This document shows positions 1-7,415 of a stretch of DNA of 12,887 nucleotides, piece after piece. The stretch is from Bacteriovoracaceae bacterium (GTDB lineage Bacteria; Bdellovibrionota; Bacteriovoracia; Bacteriovoracales; Bacteriovoracaceae). The notes beneath the pieces were generated by a model, which did not search any database, was not told where the DNA came from, and worked only from the letters and a program-made list of their open reading frames with translations. The stretch's first letter is position 1. The number at the start of each line of letters is the position of its first letter. The position numbers and the translations under genes are program-made. Location of the stretch: assembly GCA_049599895.1 (NCBI GenBank), contig JBMYPC010000089.1, positions 1 to 12,887 on the forward strand, in the 5' to 3' direction.

Positions 1-205
1 GTGACCAATCGGCATCTTCTTGCGCGGACTCCGATTCATTTTTGAGTGACCAATCAGCTTCTTGAGCCTGTGAGGCATTTCGCTTTTTTTCTAACGACCA
101 GTCTGCTTCTTCAGTTTTTGCAGAATGGGACTCAGCTTTTAATGACCAATCAGCAGCTTCTTCTTTACTTTGGCCAGGCTTTTTATTGAGAGACCAATCT
201 GCTTC
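1..205 (-). repeat. In-frame tandem peptide repeat, core ADWSL, period 15-16 aa, at least 5 copies
   Basis: EADWSLNKKPGQSKEE / AADWSLKAESHSAKTE / EADWSLEKKRNASQAQ / EADWSLKNESESAQE / DADWS. Trp codons at 194-196, 146-148, 98-100, 50-52 and 5-7 (spacing 48, 48, 48, 45 nt). Confidence 0.92.
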
Positions 206-721
206 AACTTCAGTTTGCTCTTGTGATTGATTATCCCATTGAAACTGATCAAACTCATTGTCTTGATCGTTAGATTTGGTTTCTTCACCTTTTTTTGGGC
301 TATTCTCTTCAGCAAGTGAAGAAGGTTCATTTTCCACGAGAGAAAGTCCTCCCTGAACCTTTAAAAGCTTCACGAGCTCCATCACTGGTCCCATAGTGAG
401 AGATTTCTTAATATAAAAAATGGTCTGATCATTTATTGAATCTTTTAAAGAATCATTAGTACTTGGAGATATTCTGCTGAAGAAGATAATCTGAGCTTTG
501 AGCTTTTTAGCTCTGCGCAGTTCAACCAACGACTCGCACAAATCTTTACCTAGAAGATAGTCGGTAATGATAAAATCAAATTCTTCAAACTCAACGAGCT
601 GCAATAGTTCGCCAACTGAACTTGTTTCAGTAAGTTCAAATTTCCCATCGAGTTCAGCTTCGATGATCTCAATAAGGAATTCACGACTACTTAAGTCTGG
701 TTCGGCATAAAGAATCTTCAC
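1..721 (-). CDS. Atypical response-regulator receiver protein with acidic linker and tandem ADWSL repeats (3' end outside window)
   Basis: Manual translation: GTG at 721-719, 10 nt after the cheY stop; frame open for 240 codons to the edge. MKILYAEPDLSSREFLIEII...FDFIITD54YLLG...IIFFSR...FYIKK fits a REC fold (Asp54, Ser and Lys kept; acidic pocket reads EPD). Followed by an E/Q/S/D/K-rich linker and ADWSL repeats. Absent from the ORF track because the stop is outside the window. Confidence 0.85.
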   Translation of the reverse strand, partial: MKILYAEPDLSSREFLIEIIEAELDGKFELTETSSVGELLQLVEFEEFDFIITDYLLGKDLCESLVELRRAKKLKAQIIFFSRISPSTNDSLKDSINDQTIFYIKKSLTMGPVMELVKLLKVQGGLSLVENEPSSLAEENSPKKGEETKSNDQDNEFDQFQWDNQSQEQTEVEADWSLNKKPGQSKEEAADWSLKAESHSAKTEEADWSLEKKRNASQAQEADWSLKNESESAQEDADWS

Positions 722-731
722 ATAATAAAGT

Positions 732-1118
732 TTATGCTACTTTTTGAAGGACTGCATCCATTTTTGCTTTAAATGTTTCAGCATTAAATGGCTTAACAAT
801 GAAATTACTTACTCCGGCTTTAACAGCAATGACGACATTGCTTTTTTCACCTTCAGCAGTAACCATCAAAAAAGGAAGAGACTTAAACTTTTCATCCGCT
901 CTTACTTTTTTCAAAAGATCAAGGCCTGTCATATTGGGCATGTTCCAGTCAGAAACAACAAATTCAAAGGGTTCACCTTTATTATGATGTTCATTAAGAA
1001 GCTCCCATGCAGGGACACCATCATCAGCCTCTACAAGGTTTTCATAACCTAATGAAACGAGAACTTTTTTTATAATTTTTCTCATTACGGCCATGTCATC
1101 AACTACTAAAATTTTCAT
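732..1118 (-). CDS. cheY: Chemotaxis response regulator CheY (single receiver domain)
   Basis: 128 aa; ILVVDD, VVSDWNMPNMTG, LMVTAE and IVKPF motifs; AGGAG RBS at 1123-1127. Confidence 0.93.
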   Translation of the reverse strand: MKILVVDDMAVMRKIIKKVLVSLGYENLVEADDGVPAWELLNEHHNKGEPFEFVVSDWNMPNMTGLDLLKKVRADEKFKSLPFLMVTAEGEKSNVVIAVKAGVSNFIVKPFNAETFKAKMDAVLQKVA

Positions 1119-1164
1119 AATGCTCCTATACTAAGATATCTTAACTAAATTATTTTATCATATT

Positions 1165-1365
1165 TTACGCAATCTTAGAATCAAGTGATCCTATCCTTAA
1201 CTCTTTACAAAAGTCGTCTAAGGATATGAGTTCTAGAAGTCTACCATTTTGGAAAAGAATTCCCTGAATTCCGTGACAATTAAATGATAGATCAAAATCA
1301 TTTTTATTAGCTCTCACTAAATCAAAATCCCCCTCAAAAGCCAGACCAAATTGGTAACCTGATTG
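1165..1365 (-). pseudogene. C-terminal fragment of a CheW-like domain, same frame as the upstream mini-REC, behind a single TGA
   Basis: After the TGA at 1368-1366 the frame stays open for 66 codons (QSGYQFGLAFEGDFDLVRANKNDFDLSFNCHGIQGILFQNGRLLELISLDDFCKELRIGSLDSKIA, TAA 1167-1165). Pattern parallels the second CheW domain of the adjacent CheA (GQMVGILVTEIVDILFY...SMGHFFVDEKVMTLIDCYQMVKSL). Confidence 0.55.
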
Positions 1366-1566
1366 TCATTCGCCGTTAATCTCGAGAACGGCTTTCTTTC
1401 CAAACTTCTCAATTGCTTCTGATAACTTTTCAGTCGAACGCGGCTTTGCTAAGACATTCGCAAGTCCTTGCTCTAAAGCAACAAGAGCAATTTCTTTACA
1501 TACTGTACAGTATGTATCGAGGAGAAGTTTTTCATCATCAATAAAAATGATCTCAAATTGATTCAT
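1366..1566 (-). pseudogene. Internally deleted receiver domain (mini-REC, 66 aa)
   Basis: ATGA-coupled to the cheW stop. REC beta1-alpha1 (EIIFIDDEKLLLDTY) is joined directly to alpha4-beta5-alpha5 (ALEQGLANVLAKPRSTEKLSEAIEKF); the middle, including the phosphoacceptor Asp, is absent. Confidence 0.65.
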
Positions 1567-2024
1567 GGGGTTGCGCTTTTTTCCTTGAGTATTCCATCTA
1601 CACTGAGAACCGTCATCAAGCTGTCATTAAGTTTGTAGACTCCAGAACTATACTGAGAAACAGATTTATCTAAATTTTGTGGAGTTAACTCAAAAAACTC
1701 TTTTTCAACTTCAATTACATCTAGGATTTCGTCTACAGCAATCGCATAAAGACTCGCTTTTCCATTTACGATGACATTCATATGACTTTGGGGATACTCG
1801 TTTTCATAACCAAGAAGTTCTCTTAAATTAATCGCCGTAACGACCTGCCCTCTTAAGTTAATAAGACCTTTGATATAACGATCCGATAAAGGCACGGAAG
1901 TCAATTTTTGAGGTCTAATCACCTCTTGAACCCCGAGAACAGAAATCCCAAATAGATCATCACCAATTCGAAATCCGACAAGCTGTTGTGGTATTTCTAG
2001 GTCTTCAAGTTTTTCAGCTAACAT
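1563..2024 (-). CDS. cheW: Chemotaxis coupling protein CheW
   Basis: QLVGFRIGDDLFGI, VQEVI, VPLS..YIKGLINLRGQVVTAINLR, AIAVDEI motifs. Start moved from 2063 to ATG 2024, which has a GAGGGAG RBS at 2031-2037. Confidence 0.95.
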   Translation of the reverse strand: MLAEKLEDLEIPQQLVGFRIGDDLFGISVLGVQEVIRPQKLTSVPLSDRYIKGLINLRGQVVTAINLRELLGYENEYPQSHMNVIVNGKASLYAIAVDEILDVIEVEKEFFELTPQNLDKSVSQYSSGVYKLNDSLMTVLSVDGILKEKSATP

Positions 2025-4725
2025 GCCATACTCCCTCACTTTGAGCAGCTTTGAGCTGCTCAAACTTTTCTATATAATACTTTACGGTTGTTTCAACTTG
2101 TTCTCGATTTAATTTTTCAAGGTAATGAGTAAATCCGACTTCTTTTCCGTGCTTTAAATCAGAATCTGAGACTCTGGTAGTAATAGCAATGATGGGAATG
2201 TCTGAATTTATTTTTCGAATATTTTCTGACAATTCAAAGCCAGTCATATGAGGCATTTCAACATCTGTGATAACTAAATCATAATCATTATTTTGAAAAT
2301 TGGCCCAAGCTTCTTTGCCGTTTTCAAATGAATGAACCTCAAGACCTAATGACCCAAGTAAGCCGATCACTACATTTCTATAAAAATGAGAATCTTCTAC
2401 AACGAGGACTTTTAGTGCTCCTTGATTAATCGATGACATATTGGGAAAGAGGCTCTTGACCATCTGATAACAGTCGATAAGAGTCATGACCTTTTCATCA
2501 ACAAAAAAGTGACCCATTGAAAAAGGAGTGACTGTTAGACTTTCTTTAATCTCTTCATCATAAAAAAGAATATCAACGATCTCTGTAACAAGAATCCCTA
2601 CCATTTGCCCTTGAAAGTTTACAACAACAGTTTCAACAACTTCATCTTTATGTGAATTCTCTTTAAGCTTGTGAATGAGAGGTTTTTGATTCAATCCAAG
2701 TGATGATTCAAGTGTTACAAGTGGCATTGGCTGTCCATTATATTGAACAACCCAACTCTCTCCAACTTTAGAAATTTTTGATACTGGAAATTCCTCTAAA
2801 CGATGAACCATCGAGATCGGAATGCCATAAGTATTTTTGTCTTCGAGCGCACAAAGAAGTATTTCATGGCCTTCGTCATAAGCAAAAGCATTGCCTCTGT
2901 CGTTACCGTAATCTTGGCTTTGGGTATCAATTGATTTAAGAAGCTCGTTTCCTTGTCTCTGCCAAATCCCCATCGGATCAACGATAAGAGCAACTGTCCC
3001 ATCTCCCATCAATGTTGCACCTGCAAAGACATTAATTTTTTTAAGATTCTGATCAAGTGGTTTAACAACAATCTCTTCAGTATCAAGAATTTCATCAACA
3101 ACCAGACCAAAACTTGCTTGGTCAACACGAAGAACAATAATATTCTCAGGAGATGAACTCTCATTTTGAGGCTTGTCACTTTCGTCATGGCTTAACTCAA
3201 GAGCATCATTAAGACGAATAATAGGAATAAGCTCATTTCTTAGTCGAAAGAACTCAGAGTCTTTAATCTTTTCGATTACTTTTTTATCAGTGTCGGTTTT
3301 GACAAGTTCTTGGAGGTTTATTTGAGGAATTGAAAAGTAGCTCTCATTTACTCGTACCATTAAGGCGGGAATAATCGCCAACGTCAGAGGAATTTTTAAT
3401 TTGAACTTTGCGCCCTTTCCAACTTTTGAAGAAATACTAACATTACCACCGATTTTTTCAATATTGGTTTTTACAACGTCCATTCCTACACCTCGGCCAC
3501 TAATGTTGGTGACTTTTTGTGCTGTTGAAAATCCTGGATTAAATATAAAGTTTAAAATTGTTGCTTCATCAAGTTTTGAAGCCTGAGATTCAGTAGTGAG
3601 TCCCTTTTCAATTGCCTTCTTAAGGATTCTCTTGGAATCAAGGCCTTTTCCATCATCTTCTATTTCAATCGCGACATATCCACTTTCTTGATAAGCTCGA
3701 ATAAAAATCTGCCCGACTTCACTCTTTTGAACCTTTAGTCGATCCTCAGGAAGTTCAATTCCATGGTCAATTGAATTTCTAATAATATGAGTGAGAGGGT
3801 CTTTAATCGCTTCAAGCAAAGTTCGATCAAGCTCAGTTTCCTTACCTGTAATATTAATTTTAATTTTTTTCCCTTGAGACTTTGAAAGGTCTCTTATTAA
3901 TCTTTCAAACTTGTTGAGTACATTTGATGCTGGCTGCATCCTGGTATTCATGATTTCTGTTTGAAGTTCACTCGTAATAACATTGAGATCATGAGAGAGT
4001 TTTCCAAGCCCTCCATCTTGAAGATTATTCGAGTATTGAAGGATTTGATTTCTTGAAAGAACAAGTTCCCCAACAAGATTCATGATCTTATCGAGTAATG
4101 CCACATTAACCCTTACAACACTATCAGCCACTGTACGGACGTTAACTTTCTTCTCTGGCATTTTTTTCTGTGTCGCTTCTTCTTCAGTACCTTCTTTAAC
4201 CAAAGGCTCAGAAAGCTTCACTTCTTGCGTTTTTGAAGAAGGCCCTAAATCACCATCGCCTTCTTCTTTTTTTAAAACAAAACCTTCAAAGTTTCTTGGC
4301 TTCTCATCGAGAGGATTTGTCGAATCCTCAACACTCTGAGATTGCTTTGCGCTTAAGATGTCTTCAAGTACAGGAGTTATCGTCTTTACATCGACATTAA
4401 TATCATTACCTTCAGACTCTACCAGTTGCAATGCTTCAACAACGACATCGAACGCCTGAAGAAGACCATCAATAAGAGATTCTGTAACCGATAGTTTCTG
4501 ATCCCTTAAAAGATCTAAAATGTTTTCGCAGAGGTGTGTAATCTTCTGCAAGTTCTTAAAACCTAAAAAGCCAGCACTTCCTTTCAATGTGTGAACAGAG
4601 CGGTATATATGGTTAAGAGTATCTTTATCTCTTGAGTTTCCAAAGCTAATCAAATCATCATTTATCGTGGAAAGGTTTTCATTAGATTCAATTAAGAACT
4701 CATTCAAAAAATTTGGAGCATTCAT
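2014..4725 (-). CDS. cheA: Hybrid chemotaxis histidine kinase CheA (Hpt-dimerisation-HATPase_c-CheW-CheW-REC; no P2 domain apparent)
   Basis: Hpt IYRSVH45TLKGSAGFLG; VRVNVALLDKIMNLVGELVLSRNQ; IRNSIDHGIE, DDGKGLD, GFSTAQKVTNISGRGVGMDVV; two CheW-like domains; C-terminal REC (VVEDS...VITDVEMPHMTG). Confidence 0.97.
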   Translation of the reverse strand: MNAPNFLNEFLIESNENLSTINDDLISFGNSRDKDTLNHIYRSVHTLKGSAGFLGFKNLQKITHLCENILDLLRDQKLSVTESLIDGLLQAFDVVVEALQLVESEGNDINVDVKTITPVLEDILSAKQSQSVEDSTNPLDEKPRNFEGFVLKKEEGDGDLGPSSKTQEVKLSEPLVKEGTEEEATQKKMPEKKVNVRTVADSVVRVNVALLDKIMNLVGELVLSRNQILQYSNNLQDGGLGKLSHDLNVITSELQTEIMNTRMQPASNVLNKFERLIRDLSKSQGKKIKINITGKETELDRTLLEAIKDPLTHIIRNSIDHGIELPEDRLKVQKSEVGQIFIRAYQESGYVAIEIEDDGKGLDSKRILKKAIEKGLTTESQASKLDEATILNFIFNPGFSTAQKVTNISGRGVGMDVVKTNIEKIGGNVSISSKVGKGAKFKLKIPLTLAIIPALMVRVNESYFSIPQINLQELVKTDTDKKVIEKIKDSEFFRLRNELIPIIRLNDALELSHDESDKPQNESSSPENIIVLRVDQASFGLVVDEILDTEEIVVKPLDQNLKKINVFAGATLMGDGTVALIVDPMGIWQRQGNELLKSIDTQSQDYGNDRGNAFAYDEGHEILLCALEDKNTYGIPISMVHRLEEFPVSKISKVGESWVVQYNGQPMPLVTLESSLGLNQKPLIHKLKENSHKDEVVETVVVNFQGQMVGILVTEIVDILFYDEEIKESLTVTPFSMGHFFVDEKVMTLIDCYQMVKSLFPNMSSINQGALKVLVVEDSHFYRNVVIGLLGSLGLEVHSFENGKEAWANFQNNDYDLVITDVEMPHMTGFELSENIRKINSDIPIIAITTRVSDSDLKHGKEVGFTHYLEKLNREQVETTVKYYIEKFEQLKAAQSEGVWHVS

Positions 4726-4779
4726 AGATTTTAGTTCCTATATTAAGTTTGGCCCTAGGATAAAGTTGATTATCTTGTC

Positions 4780-4807
4780 CTATCGGAAAATTAATGAAAA
4801 TTGATTA
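4780..4807 (-). promoter_or_regulatory. Candidate sigma-28 (FliA)-type promoter for the cheA arm
   Basis: TCCGATAG (minus strand, 4787-4780) resembles the GCCGATAA -10 consensus, ~55 nt upstream of cheA; -35 match poor. Confidence 0.35.
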
Positions 4808-4834
4808 CTATTTATTTCTATTTATTTCTATTTA
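4808..4834. repeat. 10-bp tandem repeat CTATTTATTT x2.7 in the divergent promoter region
   Basis: ctatttattt ctatttattt ctattta read directly at 4808-4834. Confidence 0.85.
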
Positions 4835-4858
4835 GAATATTATCCTAATAGCCGAAAT
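4831..4858 (+). promoter_or_regulatory. Candidate sigma-28-type promoter for the cheB arm
   Basis: GCCGAAAT at 4851-4858, 21 nt before the cheB ATG; weak -35 (TTAG/TAGA). Confidence 0.35.
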
Positions 4859-4879
4859 AAATTAAAATAGAGGCAATAA

Positions 4880-5926
4880 ATGAAAGTCTTAATAATTGAT
4901 GATTCAAGTTTTTTTCGTATATCGGTGAAGGAAGCTATTAGAAATCTAGAGGAAATCGATAAGATTAAGCTCTCCAGCAATGGCAAGATGGCCTTAGAGG
5001 AATTAGAACGAAATCATTACGACTTAATTATTCTTGATATTGAAATGCCAATTTTAGATGGCATCGAATTTTTAAAAGAATTTCAATCAAAAAAGCAAGA
5101 TACTAAGATCATCATGTATAGTTCTCTGACAACCAATGAAGCAGAAAAAACTATTGAGGCTTTAAGTCTCGGGGCATCCGATTTTGCAACGAAAACAACA
5201 AATGTTTCCTCTCCTGAAGAAGGCATTCGCTCAATTGACGAGACTCTTGTTCCTAAAATTAAGGCCTTATTTCGACTCGATAAGAAAATCACTAAGACTC
5301 AAGCTACAAAAGCAGCAGCCCCCACTACAGTCAAAAGTTCAAGCCTTACAAATTTTAATCCTAATATCATCTGTATGGGCTCTTCCACAGGAGGCCCTGA
5401 AGCCCTTAGACAGGTCTTTTCTAATATTAATAAAGTAATTCCTATGCCAATCGTTCTTGTTCAACATATGCCGCCTCAATTCACAACAAAACTCGCTGAT
5501 AGTTTAAATAAGCTCTCCCCTGTCCATGTAGTCGAAGCTAAAGAAGACGATGTTCTAAAGCCTAATACTTGTTATATCGCCCCTGGCGATTATCACATGG
5601 AGGTCATTTCAATTGCAGATCAATATAAGATTACTCTAAACCAGAATGAAAAAGTTTGTTACGTTCGTCCTGCTGTAGATGTGACTTTTCAATCTATCGT
5701 AAGACATCAAGACTTTAGAGCAGTCGGAATTGTCCTAACAGGAATGGGACAAGATGGACTAAACGGCAGTATTAAGTTTAAAGAAAAAAACTTCCCTATA
5801 ATTATCCAAGATGAGGCTTCTTCTGTTGTTTGGGGAATGCCTGGAGCAATTGCTCAAAATGGAAGCTACGACAAAATCACTGACTTAAGCGGTGTTTCAG
5901 CATATTTAAATACTTTAGGAGTATAA
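4880..5926 (+). CDS. cheB: Chemotaxis response regulator protein-glutamate methylesterase CheB
   Basis: N-terminal REC (IIDDS, ILDIEMP) plus methylesterase with catalytic motifs GSSTGGP, VQHMP, LTGMGQDG and VVWGMPG. Confidence 0.97.
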   Translation: MKVLIIDDSSFFRISVKEAIRNLEEIDKIKLSSNGKMALEELERNHYDLIILDIEMPILDGIEFLKEFQSKKQDTKIIMYSSLTTNEAEKTIEALSLGASDFATKTTNVSSPEEGIRSIDETLVPKIKALFRLDKKITKTQATKAAAPTTVKSSSLTNFNPNIICMGSSTGGPEALRQVFSNINKVIPMPIVLVQHMPPQFTTKLADSLNKLSPVHVVEAKEDDVLKPNTCYIAPGDYHMEVISIADQYKITLNQNEKVCYVRPAVDVTFQSIVRHQDFRAVGIVLTGMGQDGLNGSIKFKEKNFPIIIQDEASSVVWGMPGAIAQNGSYDKITDLSGVSAYLNTLGV

Positions 5927-5928
5927 CC

Positions 5929-6936
5929 GTGGACTTTGGAATTTTTCTTCTCGATCAAGAAGCCATTGATGGAGAAACATTAATTGAAGCTTATATCGAG
6001 CAACAACAAAGCTCCCCTCCTCTAATGAAAATTCTCCTTCATGAAATGGGGATTAATGCATTAGACCTCATTAAAGTTATTAAGTTTCAAGATAAAAACC
6101 AAATTGATTTTATCAGGGCCTTAAAAGAATCCAATCTCATTGCGCAAGAAACAATCATTCAAGCTTTTAGGTTAAAAAGTGAAAAATCGAAGTCACTTTC
6201 AGAAATTCTCGTTGAAAAAAGAAAGTTGAATCAAGATATTTGTAAAAGCCTTCTTGAAAAATTCCTCTCTCTTTCACCACAAGCCCAAGAGCCAGATAAC
6301 GTTAAACGGGAAGCATCTGAACCTTCAGCTCAATCACCGGGGATCAATCAGGCAGCCTTAGATTCTTTAAAAGAATTAATGGGCTCGGGAGATATCGATG
6401 AAGTGATGATAAAAGAACTTGAATCACCTTCAGATAGTTCCTCTCAGGATGAGTCGTCTCCAGAGAGACAAGACAAGAGCGACTCTCTAGGTCTGTCAGA
6501 AAAACTCAAAAATTTAAAAAATGGACAAGACACTTTTGATAAAGACTTTACTCCTGAAATTCTTAACAAATATAATGCCAAAAAAATCGTCAGTTTTTCA
6601 AAAGCTTTCAAAATGTATATGCAAAATAAGAGCTTTGATGACAGTTTTCAAGAAATCACAACCTCTCTTCATGAAATTGTTGGGATTGCCAAATTGGCAA
6701 ATGCTCATAATCTCTCTCTCATTCTTGAAGTGCTGGAACATGCCATGAGAAATCTCGACAAAAATGACACACCAACAAAAGAGCAGTTAGAGCTACTTCA
6801 TACTTTGTTTTCTCTATCAGTAAAAGTTCGAAATCACATTGAGCAAAACCAAACTGAAGAAAACTTGTATGAAGAAACGCTGAGTTACGACCTTTTGAAA
6901 AAGCAAGTTGCTCAAGCAATTCAAATCATTTCTTAA
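5929..6936 (+). CDS. Hypothetical chemosensory accessory protein: four degenerate MshEN-like repeats, acidic linker, C-terminal Hpt-like domain
   Basis: 335 aa, GTG start with AGGAG RBS at 5917-5921, 2 nt after the cheB stop. Residues 2-112 have a 29-aa periodicity; SLH248EIVGIAKLANAHNLSLILEVLE resembles the Hpt LHxLKGxA...LE motif. Confidence 0.75.
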   Translation: MDFGIFLLDQEAIDGETLIEAYIEQQQSSPPLMKILLHEMGINALDLIKVIKFQDKNQIDFIRALKESNLIAQETIIQAFRLKSEKSKSLSEILVEKRKLNQDICKSLLEKFLSLSPQAQEPDNVKREASEPSAQSPGINQAALDSLKELMGSGDIDEVMIKELESPSDSSSQDESSPERQDKSDSLGLSEKLKNLKNGQDTFDKDFTPEILNKYNAKKIVSFSKAFKMYMQNKSFDDSFQEITTSLHEIVGIAKLANAHNLSLILEVLEHAMRNLDKNDTPTKEQLELLHTLFSLSVKVRNHIEQNQTEENLYEETLSYDLLKKQVAQAIQIIS

Positions 6937-6944
6937 GAAAAAAT

Positions 6945-6975
6945 GAGACAACCAAACTTATAAAACCTCCGATAA
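6945..6975 (+). promoter_or_regulatory. Candidate internal sigma-28-type promoter upstream of the second cheY
   Basis: TCCGATAA at 6968-6975 (7/8 match to GCCGATAA) in the 88-bp gap; weak -35 (CAAC). Confidence 0.4.
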
Positions 6976-7024
6976 TAATTCATAGAAATTATTTCACCGG
7001 AGATTTTTTTCTCATAGGAACTTT

Positions 7025-7411
7025 ATGAATTTTTTAGTTATTGATGACTCTAAACATGTCCATTCTGTTGTTCAGTCTTTTCTTGAAAAAAAAGGAATCA
7101 AATGCTATTCCGCTTTTGATGGCCAGCTTGCAGTTAAAGCCATTACAGACAAACTTGCAAACGAATCTAAACATTATGACCTTATCCTCCTTGATTGGAA
7201 TATGCCCAACATGACAGGTCCAGAGTTTCTCGAACACGTTAAAGAAACAAAACTCACCACTTGTCCTATTGTGATGATGACAACCGAAAACTCTATTGAA
7301 AAAATTACTTTTGCCCTAGAAAATGGTGCTATCGAATACATTATGAAGCCATTTACTGAAGACATCCTTCTTAACAAGATAGAATTTGTCATAGGCTCTC
7401 TCGCAGCATAA
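7025..7411 (+). CDS. cheY: Second CheY-like single-domain response regulator
   Basis: 128 aa; LVIDDS, LLDWNMPNMTG, MMTTEN, GAIEYIMKPF; lies between cheB and cheR. Confidence 0.88.
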   Translation: MNFLVIDDSKHVHSVVQSFLEKKGIKCYSAFDGQLAVKAITDKLANESKHYDLILLDWNMPNMTGPEFLEHVKETKLTTCPIVMMTTENSIEKITFALENGAIEYIMKPFTEDILLNKIEFVIGSLAA

Positions 7412-7415
7412 CCAA

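Noticed and set aside
1..205. CRISPR-like look: conserved GACCA(A/G)TC core every 45-48 bp with variable spacers
   Set aside because: Core is short, non-palindromic, varies at synonymous positions, spacing is a multiple of 3 within an open frame, and no cas genes are present; it is a coding repeat.
139..330. 63-aa minus-strand ORF in the track
   Set aside because: Alternative frame inside the REC/ADWSL gene starting at 721.
1132..1143. Perfect 12-bp palindrome TAAGATATCTTA upstream of the cheY RBS
   Set aside because: Single AT-rich palindrome, plausible by chance; no second copy noticed.
1366..1368. Selenocysteine or alternative-code reading of the in-frame TGA
   Set aside because: No convincing SECIS hairpin seen, no redox-motif context, and TGA terminates cheA and cheW normally.
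2025..2063. Extended cheW N-terminus (start 2063)
   Set aside because: Lies deeper inside cheA; ATG 2024 has a strong RBS and gives a typical CheW length.
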